Shown: positions 27,831-40,695 of the stretch, piece by piece
Layout: each line of letters starts with the position of its first letter
Position numbering within the stretch: the stretch's first letter is position 1
Assembly: GCA_951406725.2 (NCBI GenBank)
Contig: OX597822.1
Span: 79,422,001 to 79,486,000, forward strand
Reading direction: 5' to 3'
From: Octopus vulgaris
Lineage: Eukaryota
DNA length: 64,000 bases
Made by a program: the position numbers and the translations under genes
The notes under the pieces: generated by a model
What the model saw: only the letters and a program-made list of their open reading frames with translations
Told to the model about the DNA's origin: nothing
The model's database searches: none

Positions 27831-28850
27831 TCTTAGCATCGTACGCCTAAGCGAGAAGACCTCTCAAGGCGAATTCTGCCACAGGATTACCCTATCACAG
27901 CCGAATGAACTGGAACAGCGTAAATTGAAGTGTTTTATTCACGAGAGAGAGAGAGGGCACAATGCGCTGCTTGGTCTGAGAATCGAACCCATGGTCTAGC
28001 GATCACAATACGTTAACCACAAGGCCATTCGCCTTCATAATGCATTGACATAAACTAAAGCTGTATAAATAAAGCTTCTTTCTTCGTCACTGCTAACGGC
28101 AATCAAATATATCATCACTGGACCAAATTATTAAGGTCGGCAACAGTAACACATCAGCTGCTGTTGAGACTAGTAATGGCTGTTTGAGGTTGTTGTGACG
28201 TTTTTGTCATCGAAGTTGTTGGCAGAAGTGGTAGTGGTGGTGATTTTGGTTTTGTGATAGTTGTTTTGTTTTTGAAGCCTTTTCTTTTACTTTTTCTTTT
28301 TCTTTTCCCATATTTTTTTTTTTTTACTTCTTCTTTCATGGCGACAGCTGTCACCAAACCAACAAGTAAATCGAAGTTACTTAAAGAATGACTTGATAGA
28401 AGACGAACGTTTTGCAACCGACAAGCTATTCTATTGGGTGGCCGTTGTTTATGAAAGGTTTAGATTATTTAAATTTTGATCGAGCGCAACAGCATTGGTG
28501 AGCAAGCTACCTAGAAACTAAAACAGAACCCCACCCCACCCTCAGAAACTGATATTAATAGTAACTCAGCATCGGTGAAAATCAGTAAAGTTTGTATATA
28601 TGAATAAAATTCAATACCGCGGAGAGACGAGAGTCCTGACATTTCCAACTGAAGCCTTTAACAAGAAAAAAACAAAACACATTCCGTTTTGCGGTTTCTG
28701 TTTCCAATAAAGTAGTGGTCTTTCTTTACACTATAGAGCAGTTTCATGCAAGACAATTTTTCCATAGAGCCGGGGATGAGGCTAATAACAAAACAATAAA
28801 AGTGCATAATATATAATTTAATTAATATATATATATATAAAATGCATATG

Positions 28851-29229
28851 TGGAGACGCAATGGCCCACTGGTTAGGGCAGCGGACTTGAGGTCGTAGGA
28901 TCGCGATTTCGATTCCCAGACCGGACGTTGTGTTTGTTGAGCGAAAACACCTAAAGTACCACGATGCTCCGGCAGGAAGTGTTGGCGAACCTGCTGTACT
29001 CTTTCACCACAACTTTCTCTCACTCTTTCTTCCTGTTTTCTATTGTACCTGTATTTCAAAGGGGCCAGCCTTGTCATACACTGTGTCACGCTGAATCTAC
29101 TCGAGAACTACGTTAAGGGTACACGTGTCTGTGGAGTGCTCAACCACTTGCACGTTAATTTCACGAACAGGCTGTTCCGTTGATTCGATCAACTGGAACC
29201 CTCGTCGTCGTAACCGACGGAGTGCCACG
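28851..29229 (+). mobile_element. tRNA-derived SINE family C
   Basis: TGGCCCACTGGTTAGGGCAGCGGACT...TTCGATTCC head; tail CGTAACCGACGGAGTGCCA. Confidence 0.88.
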
Positions 29230-30134
29230 ATATATAATGCATATGTATTATATACATCATACAAGGCAGCCAGATGGCTTAATCGTTAGCACGCCGGACA
29301 AAAATGCTTTGCGGCATTTCGTCCGTCTTTATGTTTTGATCTTAATTTCCGCCGAGGTCGATCTTTGGGGGTCGATTTTTCGGGGTCGATAAAATAAATA
29401 CCAGTTGACTTACCATCTCCCTCTAAAATGCTCGGCTTAATTTCTGCGGGAGTCGACCTTACCTTTCATCCTTTCTGTGATCGATAAAATAAGTACCAGT
29501 TGAACACTGAAGTAGATATAATCGACTTCATCCGTCCCCTCAGAACAGCTGGCCCTGTGCCAAAATTTGAAACCATATTGCATATTTAATTCATGCATAA
29601 CGTAAAAAAAAACTGTATAGGCTGCGATAGTCATTAAAATAGAAGTAAACTTTAAGAATGTTTTCTTTCTATGTTGTCCGGTACCGAATGATCCTCAGTC
29701 TGGTACTTGTCTGCGACCCGATGGCTGGGGCACACCGTCGGTGCTAACGAAGAGGGTTCCAGTTGATCCGATGAATGGAACGGCCTGCACGTGAAATTCA
29801 CTTGCAAGTGGCTGAGCACTCCACAGACATGTGTACCCTTAACGCTGAATCAGGGAGATTCAGCGTGACACAGAATGTGACGAAGCAGGCTCTTTGAATT
29901 ACAGGTATTTTTGGCAGCTGAGTGAACTGGAGAAACATGAAATAAAGTGTCTTGCTCAAGAACACAACGCACCGCCGGGAATCGAACAGACGACTTTATG
30001 ATTGTAACCACTAAGCCACTGATGGTTGGGGACCTCTGCAGTAAAGAACTTGGCTAGAAATGCCAGAACTGTCTTCTTCTCACGGTATACAAACTAATTG
30101 AAATTTACAAATTGTATATTACTCTTTAATCTTT

Positions 30135-30520
30135 TACTCTTTTACTTGACTGCGGCCATGATGGAGCACCAGAACTTATGCTTTGTAAGCCTAGTACTTA
30201 TTCTTTCGGTGTCTTTTGCCGAATCGCCAAGTTACGGGGACGTAAAACACACCAGTTTCGGTTGTCAAGCGAAGGTGGTGGGGGGAACAAACACAGACAC
30301 ACAAACATATACATACACACACATGCACATGTATATATATATATATATATATATGACGGGCTTCTTTCAGTTTCCGTCTACCAAATTCACTCACAAGGCT
30401 TTGGTCAGCCCGAGGCTATAGCGAAAGACAATTGCCCAAGGTGCCACTCGGTGGGACTGAACCCGGAACCATGTGGTTGGTAAGCAAGCTACATACCACA
30501 CTGCCACTCCTGCGCCTATA
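30135..30520 (-). mobile_element. SINE family B
   Basis: Reverse complement of family B. Confidence 0.9.
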
Positions 30521-30569
30521 TGTAAACCTTGTTTGTGGCTTGGTCATTGATTCAGCTATTTTTTTTTTT

Positions 30570-31088
30570 ACGTTTGCCTGATACTTGTTTGCTTGATAAT
30601 AGCTGGGAAGTTCATGTTGCTGTTATGTCTAGGGTGCCATATATTTGGTTTTGCACATAGTGTTGTTCTAGAGAATGTTTAAGAAACCATAAGAAAATTA
30701 TGTTTGTTTTAAAACTTGAGATTACATAGAAAGTATTTTGCGTAGGATATGAGCAGTTCCCATGAGCACTGTTTTGTATTTCTGCCATTTTTGGGGTTTC
30801 CTGGTATCTGAGCTAGGTAGCAATCAGCCCCTTTTGCTATCATTCCCAGGACACTTATGACAACAGGTATTGTTTTAGTCTTCAGGTTCCACATTTTGCT
30901 AATTTCTGTTTCAAGATCTTTATATTTGCTTAGTTTTTGGTAGGTCTTGACAGACACGTTTATATCGATTGGGACAGTCATATCAATGAGGAGGCATGAT
31001 TTTTGTCTGACGTCTTTCAATATGATGTCTGGCCTATTCGCGTCTATCTTTCTGTCAGTTTGAATGGTGAAGTTCCAGAGGAGTGAGA

Positions 31089-31090
<2 letters not shown>
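30570..31090 (-). mobile_element. R4/Dong-like non-LTR retrotransposon, 5'-truncated, next to (TAA)n
   Basis: REL endonuclease LLWNFTIQTD..NRPDII..LLIDMTVP..KLSKYKDL..IPVVISVLG; junction with (ATT)n 31091-31166. Confidence 0.9.
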
Positions 31091-31168
<78 letters not shown>

Positions 31169-31189
31169 CGGACCTTAGTACAAGTAAAT

Positions 31190-31421
31190 GTTTCTTTAAT
31201 ACCCACAAGGAGCTAAACATAGAGGGGACAAACAAGGACAGACAAACGAATTAAGTCGATTACATTGACCCCAGTGCGTAACTGGTACTTAATTTATCGA
31301 CCCCGAAAGGATGAAAGGCAAAGTCGACCTCGGCGGAATTTGAACTCAGAACGTAACGGCAGACGAAATACGGCTACGCATTTCGCCCAGCGTGCTAACG
31401 GTTCTGCTAGCTCGCCGCCTT
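31190..31421 (-). mobile_element. SINE family A
   Basis: Near-consensus reverse copy. Confidence 0.9.
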
Positions 31422-31517
31422 AGTACAAGTATAACCCTGACTTTCCGGTGGTCCGGAGTCTTTTACAATCTTCATTAATTTATACTGACATACAGGTACC
31501 TATATTTCATTTAGTTA

Positions 31518-32008
31518 CAATGTGTAACAAAATTAAAATTTTTTTTTTTGTCGATAGTCAGTAAGTGTCATTTCCTATTTGCTTCTATCTAGAAATCAAA
31601 GGAAATGACAGCTATTCCCTTCAAACTTAGCTTTTTTGATCTGGACATCAATATTTTGGAACTGACTTATTTTCCATTACATTTCAGACAGAACTAGCGC
31701 TGAGTTGCTGAAGCAGAAATATTGTTGTAGTAAATATTCTGCTCAATTCCACAGATTTGCTTGTCCGTTGCTTGACCTTAACTACTAGAGCATGTCTCTT
31801 GGTGGCTGACAATATGTGCATCGCTGACCACGAGCAGAAGCAGTGGGGGAGCATCATAGCTATGTGTTGAGAGGGACTATTTGGGTTTTGAACAGATATG
31901 ACAAAAGCAAAGTTTGAAGGAAATATTTACAATTTTTCATACTTTCGAACGGTCAGCAAATAGGAAATAACAATTGCTACCCAAGGACAAAAATCTTGTT
32001 AGACAGTG
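31518..32008. mobile_element. Non-autonomous Chapaev3-like DNA transposon
   Basis: TTA|CAATGTGTAACAA ... TTGTTAGACAGTG|TTA; inverted subterminal blocks 31566-31583/31955-31972 and 31618-31635/31903-31920. Confidence 0.7.
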
Positions 32009-33002
32009 TTAAGGAAATTTAACATTTGTTTAATTTAGAGTGTGTTATCCAAGGTGACCACCACCACCACACCTGGTTCGGAAAATTCAGTAATCTGGAA
32101 AGGCTTTGAAACTTAAGGTTCATGAAAAACGAAGATCGATGTACTACTTTCGTGAACATCCTTGGGTCCGCGGACTCCAAGATGGGCAGTTGCTATCTTA
32201 GACAATCGTCTTAGTCTGTCTCGCTATTTGACCCTTCTATTTTACAGATAGTATATGGCGGTTTGCACTGTACTTAAACATTTCCACGTTAATTTCTTAC
32301 TTAACAGCTACGATTTCTCGTAAAAACAAAATACAATTACAAGCCCACCACAAAAAAAAAAAAACAATAAAACAAAACGAAAAGCTTAACCAAACCAAAA
32401 GACAGTGGCACCACCAGTGTTTCTTGAATGGTTTATGAGTTATTATGTTTATTGCGTCTTCATCCCCTTAGGAAACAATAAAAAACCGATAGTCTATATG
32501 TCTGTTTGTCACATCTGTTAGCGAAATGAAATAAAACAGACAATATTTTCTCTTTAACTCTATGAAGCAATGGTTAACTTACTATACTAATTGGATTTCA
32601 CCACAAAATGCCACCGTACAAATGTTTGTAACATAGTTTATGGTGAGTACACTAGCTAGAAATAGTAGCTAAATAACTCTCAAATTATAAATTGCTGTCT
32701 TGGGTAAGAAATATAATGGACTAATCAGATATTTCAATTTGTGAGATTCTTTTTGCAAACTCAGATGTTGACACACATTTTGTTGTATCATGGGTGGGTC
32801 ATCATGTCAATAATAAACATACGCACTGGTTACATTTTACTTTTTTATTATTCGTCGGTTGGATAGCTGTTTAACCTATTAACTAATTGTTTGATTAATC
32901 CTTCGATTAACCAGTCAATCAGTTTGTCTAAGAACTTTTGTCGCCATCTGTGTCCTCGTCAATGACATGTTCTTGAGCAAAAGATTTCATTTCACATTGC
33001 TG

Positions 33003-33360
33003 TAGAGGTGCATGGCTTAGTGGTTAGGGTGTTGGACTCATGATTGTAAGATTGTGGTTTCAATTCCTGGACTGGGCAATGCATTGTGTTCTTGAGCAAG
33101 ACACTTCATTCACATTGCTGTAGAGGTGCATGGCTTAGTGGTTAGGGTGTTCGACTCATGAGCGTAAGATTGAGGTTTCGATTCCTGGACTGGATGATGC
33201 TTTGTATTCTTGAGCAAGACATTTCATTTCACGTTGCTCCAGTCTACTCAGCTGGCAGAAATGAGTAATCCTGCGACGGACCGGCGCCCCGTCCAGGTAG
33301 AGAATGTATACTCCACGGAAACCGACCTCTTATGAGTTTATGATTCAGGAAATAACTTTA
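33003..33360 (+). mobile_element. SINE family D with tandemly duplicated head
   Basis: TAGAGGTGCATGGCTTAGTGGTTAGGGTGTT occurs at about 33003 and 33121. Confidence 0.88.
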
Positions 33361-33541
33361 CTTTTTTACTTACTATATTTCTCCCCCCCCCCCCCCCAAT
33401 CACCAACCAAACTGATACTGGGAAACTAGTAATGTGAAATTATTAATGAGAAATAAATGTGAAACTATTAATGTGAAATAAATATCAGCTGCTTGTGTTT
33501 GCGGTTGGGTTTTATGTGGTAAGGTTGGTTTAGGTACCAAC
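33284..33541. repeat. Right copy of inverted duplication (partner 27566-27830)
   Basis: SINE D tail plus adjacent unique sequence, reverse complement of left copy. Confidence 0.92.
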
Positions 33542-34649
33542 CTTCAGAACACAAGCCTCCGACTGTCATGATTGGGAATCGGCCTTTGAATTCGCTTTGT
33601 AATCACGTAGTTTTGAGTTCAGTCCCATTGCGCAGCACCTTTGGTAAGTGTCCTCAACTATAGCCCCGGGCCGACCAAAGCCTTGTGAGTGGATTTGGTA
33701 GACGGAAACTGTGTGGAATCTAAGTGAATTTGATACACGTCGTGTATACACACTTACATGCATGCAAACATACAAACATGTATACATAGGCACGTAAATG
33801 TGTGTGTGCTTGTTTGTCTTCCCAATACTTGTCAGCCAGTGCTGGTTTGTTTACATCGCCAAAATAGCCCGATAGAATAAGTACCAGACTTTGAAAAAAA
33901 GATTCAGTACTGGGGACGATTTGTTTGACTAAACCCCTCAAAGCTTTGTTCCGGCATGGCCACAGTCACATGACTAAAACAAGTAAATGATAAAGGGTAA
34001 AAGATGTTTGTGCAGTACAATTTTCGATGACAACAACTTACAGTGGTGGTGGTCACTGCATAGAGTCAGTTGTGGAGGCTTTTTAGAAGCTCAGAGATAG
34101 ATTGTTGAAACAACTTGGTATAAGAATATCAACAAATGCAGTGTACCGAGGAGTAAGCAGGATTTAACTGCCTGTTGTGTTCTGCCGAGAACCAAAGACC
34201 TTTACACTGTATCATTGACAGAGGTAAAAAGCTGATGTGTTGCCAGTTAGGATCTCGTTTGCCGCTACGTTCTGAGTTCAAATTCCGCCGAGGTCGACTT
34301 TGCCTTTCATCCTTTCGGGGTCGATTAAATAAGTACCAGTTACGCACTGGGGTCGATGTAATCGACTTAATCCCTCTGTCTGTTCTTGTTTGTCCCCTCT
34401 GTGTGTGGCCCCATGTGGGCAGTAAAGAAATAAGTTCTGGGTTCACTCCCCCTGTAGGGCACCCTGGGCAGGTGTCTTCAACTGTAGTACCGAATCGACT
34501 AACGCTTTGTGAGTGAATTTAGTAGACGGAAACTGTATGGAAGCCCGTCGTGCGTGTATATGTGTATATTATATACTTTGTATTAATTTTTTCCTCAACT
34601 GGTTTTCCAAGCTGGTTACTTGATAAATCTTATATAGATTTTATCCTTA

Positions 34650-34698
<49 letters not shown>

Positions 34699-34699
<1 letters not shown>

Positions 34700-35007
34700 A
34701 AAAAAATTACTTTACCACACACCGAACTTTTAGAAATAGCAGCCAAAAAAGTTTAGCTATTTCTTCTACCATAAGAAAAGTCTCCCAGACAATGTATATT
34801 CAAAAATAACGAAAGATCACACGTACATCGATTACTTCTCAAGTAATCGATGTACGTGTGATCTTTTGTTATTTTTCCCTCTATACCTACGTGAATTATT
34901 TTTGAGTATACATTGTCTGGGAAACTTTTCTTATAGTAGAAGAAATAGCTAAAAATTTTTGGCTGCTATTTCTAAAAGTTCGGTGTGTGGTAAAGTCAAA
35001 TTTTTTT
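34699..35007. repeat. Near-perfect palindrome, about 140-bp arms, 3-nt loop
   Basis: Centre GATTACTT-CTC-AAGTAATC (loop 34838-34840); about 28-bp insert in right arm. Confidence 0.95.
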
Positions 35008-35177
35008 ACTGAACCCTAATTATATAACGTAATGTTTTAAATATACCGTAAATGGTCTTTTTACATACTGAACACTACCTGGTAAAATTAATTAATAATT
35101 AATTAATTTTGCCCTTTTATTATTGACAATATATATACACACACATATATATAGACATATATATACATATATATATA

Positions 35178-35217
<40 letters not shown>

Positions 35218-35683
35218 ATAGATGGTTATATATCCGACATGACTCACATCTCTTTCTCGCACGGATAAAAATATGAATCTCCTAGATTCAATTTTTCTGC
35301 TATGTTTCTTCTCGAGTTCTTTGTATTATGGTTTTTTACTTCATGCACTTCATGTACGTTAATATTTCATTAATTTAATTTAATTTAATTCAATCATGAA
35401 TTTGCATTATTGTTATATCTCTGTACAAAACGATCGTCTGCAAGAATTAAACTTCTTATACATTTTAACAACTTGTCTCCCCCATTGTTAACTAAATCAA
35501 TGAGTTTTATGGAACTTCATTCCATGCATTCATCATACATTATATACAAGTACTACTTTCATATCTTCGCAAATTTACGCCTGTAAACTCCCAGCAAAGT
35601 ATGAAGAATCAACATTAGAAATCTTTTTTGGAAACCTCCAAATCAAAGGATGAATCCACGTTCAACCGTTAAATACCTATATC

Positions 35684-35762
<79 letters not shown>

Positions 35763-35763
35763 C

Positions 35764-35820
<57 letters not shown>

Positions 35821-35851
35821 ATGTGTATGTATGTGTGTGTGTGTGTGTGTG

Positions 35852-36520
35852 AAGGCGCGTGGCTTAGTGGTTTGGGCATTCTGCTTAAGATCGTAAGGTC
35901 GAGAGTTCAATTCCCCGCGACGCGTTGTGTCCTTAAGCAAGACACTTTATTTAACGATGCTCCAGTCCACTCAGCTGGCAAAAATGAGCTGGCAACAACA
36001 AAGGGCCAACCATGTCACACTTTGTGTCACCCTGAATCTCCTTGAAACTACGTTAAAGGTACACGTGTCTGTGGAGTACTCAGCCACTTGCACGTTAATT
36101 TCATGAGCAAGCTCTTGCTCTTCCATTGATCGTATCAGCTTGGACACTCGACGTCGTAACCGACGGAATGCTCCGGTTCCGGGTTCATTCCCACTTGGGC
36201 AAGTGTCTTCTACTATAGCCTCGGGCCGACCAAATCCTTGTGAGTGGATTTGGTAGACAGAAATTGTAAGAAGCCTGTCGTATATATGTATATATGCATG
36301 TATGTGTATATGTTTGTGTGTCTGTGTTTGTCCCCCCCTCAACATCGCCTGACAACCGATGGTGGAGTGTTTACGTCCCCGTAACTTAGCGGTTCGGCAA
36401 AAGAGACCGATAGAATAAGTACTAGGCTTACAAAAGAATAAGTCCTGGTGTCGATTTGCTCGACTAAAGGCGGTGCTCCAGCATGGCCGCAGTCAAATGA
36501 CTGAAACCAGTAAAAGAGAG
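35852..36520 (+). mobile_element. SINE D fused to SINE B (junction about 36170)
   Basis: D head TGGCTTAGTGG and tail CGTAACCGACGGA run into B body CCGGGTTCATTCCCAC. Confidence 0.85.
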
Positions 36521-37480
36521 TATTTGTGTGTATGTATGTTTGTAATTATGTTTGTGTGAGTGTGTTTGTGTTTGTGTTTGCGTTTTGTTCACCACCACCG
36601 ATTAACAACCAGTGTTGATGTGTTTGCGTCCCCGTAGAGCGAAACAGATCGATTGAATAAGTACCAGACTGTCAAAAAGAAAAAAAAAGAGAGAAAAAAA
36701 AAAGAAAATAATAAAGATCAGCAACGATTTATTCGACTAAATCCTTGAAGGTGGTGCTCCAGCATGGCCGAGAGTCCAGTGAACGAAACAAGCTGACAAA
36801 AGCAACATGTCTCCTTTTGTAATGAAGGAATGCTAACGGTATAATGAGATGAAAATAATTGGTATAGAGGGAAGCGTTCAGGCCCCTTTTAGTTAGACCT
36901 GAATAGGGTCAATCGTGGCTTAGCGGTAAATATCTTCCTGCTTTCCTTAGCGGACCAGCAGACATTTTATCTTATTATATCTTTGTAACTCCATTGTTTC
37001 TTAGAATCGATTACGTGACGCTGTTAAGTCTCTGTGGTTCCATTTACACAAGTGAAAAGATTTACTGCTTAAACTATCACACCTGGAGAACCTTTCATCC
37101 TTCACCAAATGTCTTTATGTATTTTGTATAAAATATTGATGCATTTGAGGCCAATGTAAAAATGAAAATTTTGTTCTATTTTTTTATACTGAATTCTATT
37201 GTTGGCTAACGTAAGACAGATAAAGAAAACGGAATTTTTATATGCAACGTCACATATTCAGTAGACAAGACGTGCCGGTTGAAATGAGGTCGCTGGTCGG
37301 TTTTGACCCTACAAGTCATACTTTACCGACCACAGGTAAACGAGGGGATTTCGATGCGGTTACGCCACCTGGCTAGATTAATAATTCTCCTCGATAAGGA
37401 TAGACCTGGTGGGGACGGGGGCCGGTTAGGCAAGAAGAAGAAGAATCTGAAGGAGAAGAAAAGGAAGAAGAAAAGAAGAA

Positions 37481-37531
<51 letters not shown>

Positions 37532-37636
37532 CTCAACAATTAGAAAATGGTATATGAGAGGGTCTCTACGCGGACAACCAGCCTGCTAGAAATCGTAGTT
37601 AAATTCTCTCAAATCTTGCAGAACAGCAGCAACAAG

Positions 37637-37993
37637 CGGAGGCGCAATGGCCCAATGGTTAGGGCAGCGGACTCGCGGTCGGAGGATCGCGGTTTCGATT
37701 CTCAGACCGGGCGTTGTGTGTGTTTATTGAGCTAAAACTCCAAGAGGCTCCGGCAGGGGGTGGTGGCGACCCCTGTTGTACTCTTTTGCTACAACTTTCT
37801 CTCACTCTTTCTTTCTGTTTCTTGTCCCCGACTTCCTACGCCACCACTGAGCCTGGATGCGCATTCATCCACCCGTCGATACTCTCGGTGTCGGGGGGTT
37901 GACCTGCTTTCTCTTCTGCGGGTCTTACGAATAGCAAAGGACCACGTTTCGGACTTCTCCCAAGAGGACGAAGACCGCTTCGCTCAACAGCGA
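37637..37993 (+). mobile_element. SINE family C variant
   Basis: GGAGGCGCAATGGCCCAATGGTTAGGGCAGCGGACTCGCGGTC head; followed by (TAC)n. Confidence 0.85.
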
Positions 37994-37998
37994 CAATA

Positions 37999-38059
<61 letters not shown>

Positions 38060-38307
38060 TGCGAGTATTGTTTCGTTTATCAAAAAATTAAGACTTCTAA
38101 TTATTTGAGCTTTCGTTTGCCGCTGTGGCTTGCATTGTTGTAGGTTGGCTTATATCGTTAAACCATTGAATTAAATTCCTTGCGGGTGGAGCTCTTTTTG
38201 TTTTGTTTGCTCCAGCTCTTTAAGTTTTAAGTTCAACTCCCACCGAGATCAACATTGTCTTTCAGAGTCGATAAAAATAAGTGTCACATACTGGAGTCAA
38301 TAATATT

Positions 38308-38754
38308 CCTTTCTATTATAAGCACAATACCTGAAATTTCGAGGGTGGGGGCCAGTCGATCAGATCGACCCCAGTACGACCTCAGTACGCAACTGGTACT
38401 TAATTTATCGAACCCGAATGGATGAAAGGTAAAGTCGACCACGGTGGAATTTGAACTCAGAACGTAGCGGCAGACAAAAAAATACCTATTTCTTTATTAC
38501 CCAGAAGGGGCTAAACATAGAGGGGACAAACAAGGACAGACATAGGTATTAAGTCGATTACATCGACCCCAGTGCGTAACTGGTACTTAATTTATCGACC
38601 CCGAAAGGATGAAAGGTAAAGTCGACCTCGGCGGAATTTGAACTCACAACGTAACGGCAGACGAAATACGGCTACGCATTTCGCCCGATGTGCTAACGTT
38701 TCTGCCAGCTCTCCGCAGACAAAAAAATACCGCTAAGCTTTTCGCCCGGCGTGC
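38308..38754 (-). mobile_element. Composite SINE family A with 19-bp flanking duplication
   Basis: TACTGGAGTCAATAATATT at 38289-38307 and 38755-38773. Confidence 0.88.
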
Positions 38755-38786
38755 TACTGGAGTCAATAATATTGACAAACTCATTG

Positions 38787-39186
38787 GGCGGCGAGCTGGC
38801 AGAAAGGTTAGCACGCCGGGCGAAATGCGTAGCTGTATTTCGTCTGCCGTTACGTTCCGAGTTCAAATTCCGCCGAGGTCGACTTTGCCTTTCATCCTTT
38901 CGGGGTCGATAAATTAAGTACCAGTTACACACTGGGGTCGATATAATCGACTTAATCCGTTTGTCTGTCCTTGTTTGTCCTCTCTGTGTTTAGCCCCTTG
39001 TGGGTAGTAAAGAGATAGGTATTTCGTCTGTCTTTATGTTCTGAGTTCAGATTCCGCCGGGGTCGACTTTGCCTTTCATCGTTTCGGGGTCGATAAATTA
39101 AGCACCAGTTGCGCACTGGGGTCGATCTAATCGACTGGCCTCCTCCCTCAAAATTCCGGGCGTTGTGCCTCGAGTAGAAAAGAATA
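38787..39186 (+). mobile_element. SINE family A dimer
   Basis: Near-consensus, head-to-head with the previous copy. Confidence 0.9.
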
Positions 39187-40075
39187 TTTACGAACTCAAT
39201 CCTGGAAATAATTAAACGCCGTATTCATTCGTGTATAAGTCGCACTACTTTTTGCTTCATTTTAATTGAAAAAAACCCCTAAAAAACTGGGGGTGCGACG
39301 TATACTTGAATACTACTTATATATAAAGTACGATATATAAATATATTTCGCCCTATTAACTATTTATTTCTGCTCATTAATTATTTATTTCTATCATTTA
39401 ATTATTTACATCTGTACACTTTTCCTATTCTCGTAATTTCAGTCAATGAGCTACGCCCATACTGGGACACACTTAACTATCTTCGTATTTTGCTTCCTTG
39501 GAAATTAAGCATAATATCTGGTTGTTATCATTGTTAATGTTGTGTACAACTCTATAGCTGACCTAGTTTCCAGCCGTGACCATCATGTCTTTCTTTTTCC
39601 CTCAGAGTAAATCGTCGAATGTGTAGTAGAGACAGTTGGAGAGTTTTTGACAAGTTTGCTCAATCATGACTAACCATATGTTAAACAACAACTACAGGTC
39701 TATGATCAAAGACATTCCAGCGATGACCACCCTGACTACATTATCCAATGTGTTCTTCCTAGTTATTGTTGTTTAACACAAGGTAAGTAAACTATGTACC
39801 ATTAGATTCATAAAGACAGACATTCTAACCATGATCATCCATCTTATATTTCACTAGACGCTGTATATCTTGGACTACACATTTCAGTTGTCCTTTCTAA
39901 ATTAAAAAGAAAAACAACGTTTAATTAATAGAGATTTTTCATGCAATTAGTACACAGAATCTCGGAAAGGGACAACTGGGCGCGGCTGTTTGGTCGCCGA
40001 CGATTCGGCATAGCTGAGTGGACAGTCAGTCTGTGTTGGAGACAATAACTCTTTGGCACTAGAGGTAAACATACG

Positions 40076-40133
<58 letters not shown>

Positions 40134-40298
40134 CACGCACACACACACACACACACACACAACACAACATACACACACACACACACACACACACAAGCAC
40201 AAACACATGCGTGTGCCCCCGCGCGTAGAAATGTACTCATTCAAGTATAGGGTGAGGTAAATAGATAGATAGATAGAAAGATAGATAGATAGAAAGAT

Positions 40299-40335
<37 letters not shown>

Positions 40336-40481
40336 GACATTACACATACGAACATAACTTAATGTTAATACATATCCCTTCCTTCCTTCCATCCTTCATC
40401 CCTTCCTTCTCCACCGCTTCCTCGTTGTTGTTGTTGTTGTTCTTCTTCTTCTTCAAAATCATCACCATTAACACAGTTGCA

Positions 40482-40646
40482 AGCACCGCCACCGCCGCCT
40501 CCACCGCCGCCGCCTCCACCGCCGCCGCCTCCACCGCCGCCACCGCCGCCTCCACCGCCGCCGCCTCCACCGCCGCCACCGCCGCCTCCACCGCCGCCAC
40601 CGCCGCCTCCACCGCCGCCACCGCCGCCTCCACCGCCGCCTTCACC

Positions 40647-40684
<38 letters not shown>

Positions 40685-40695
40685 CACCGCCGCCA
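40482..40695. repeat. (GCC/ACC/TCC)n tract with 12- and 21-bp higher-order units
   Basis: Direct reading. Confidence 0.9.

Noticed and set aside
39219-39310. CCGTA-type Tc2/pogo terminal fragment
   Set aside because: Only one end visible and no TA duplication; too weak to call.
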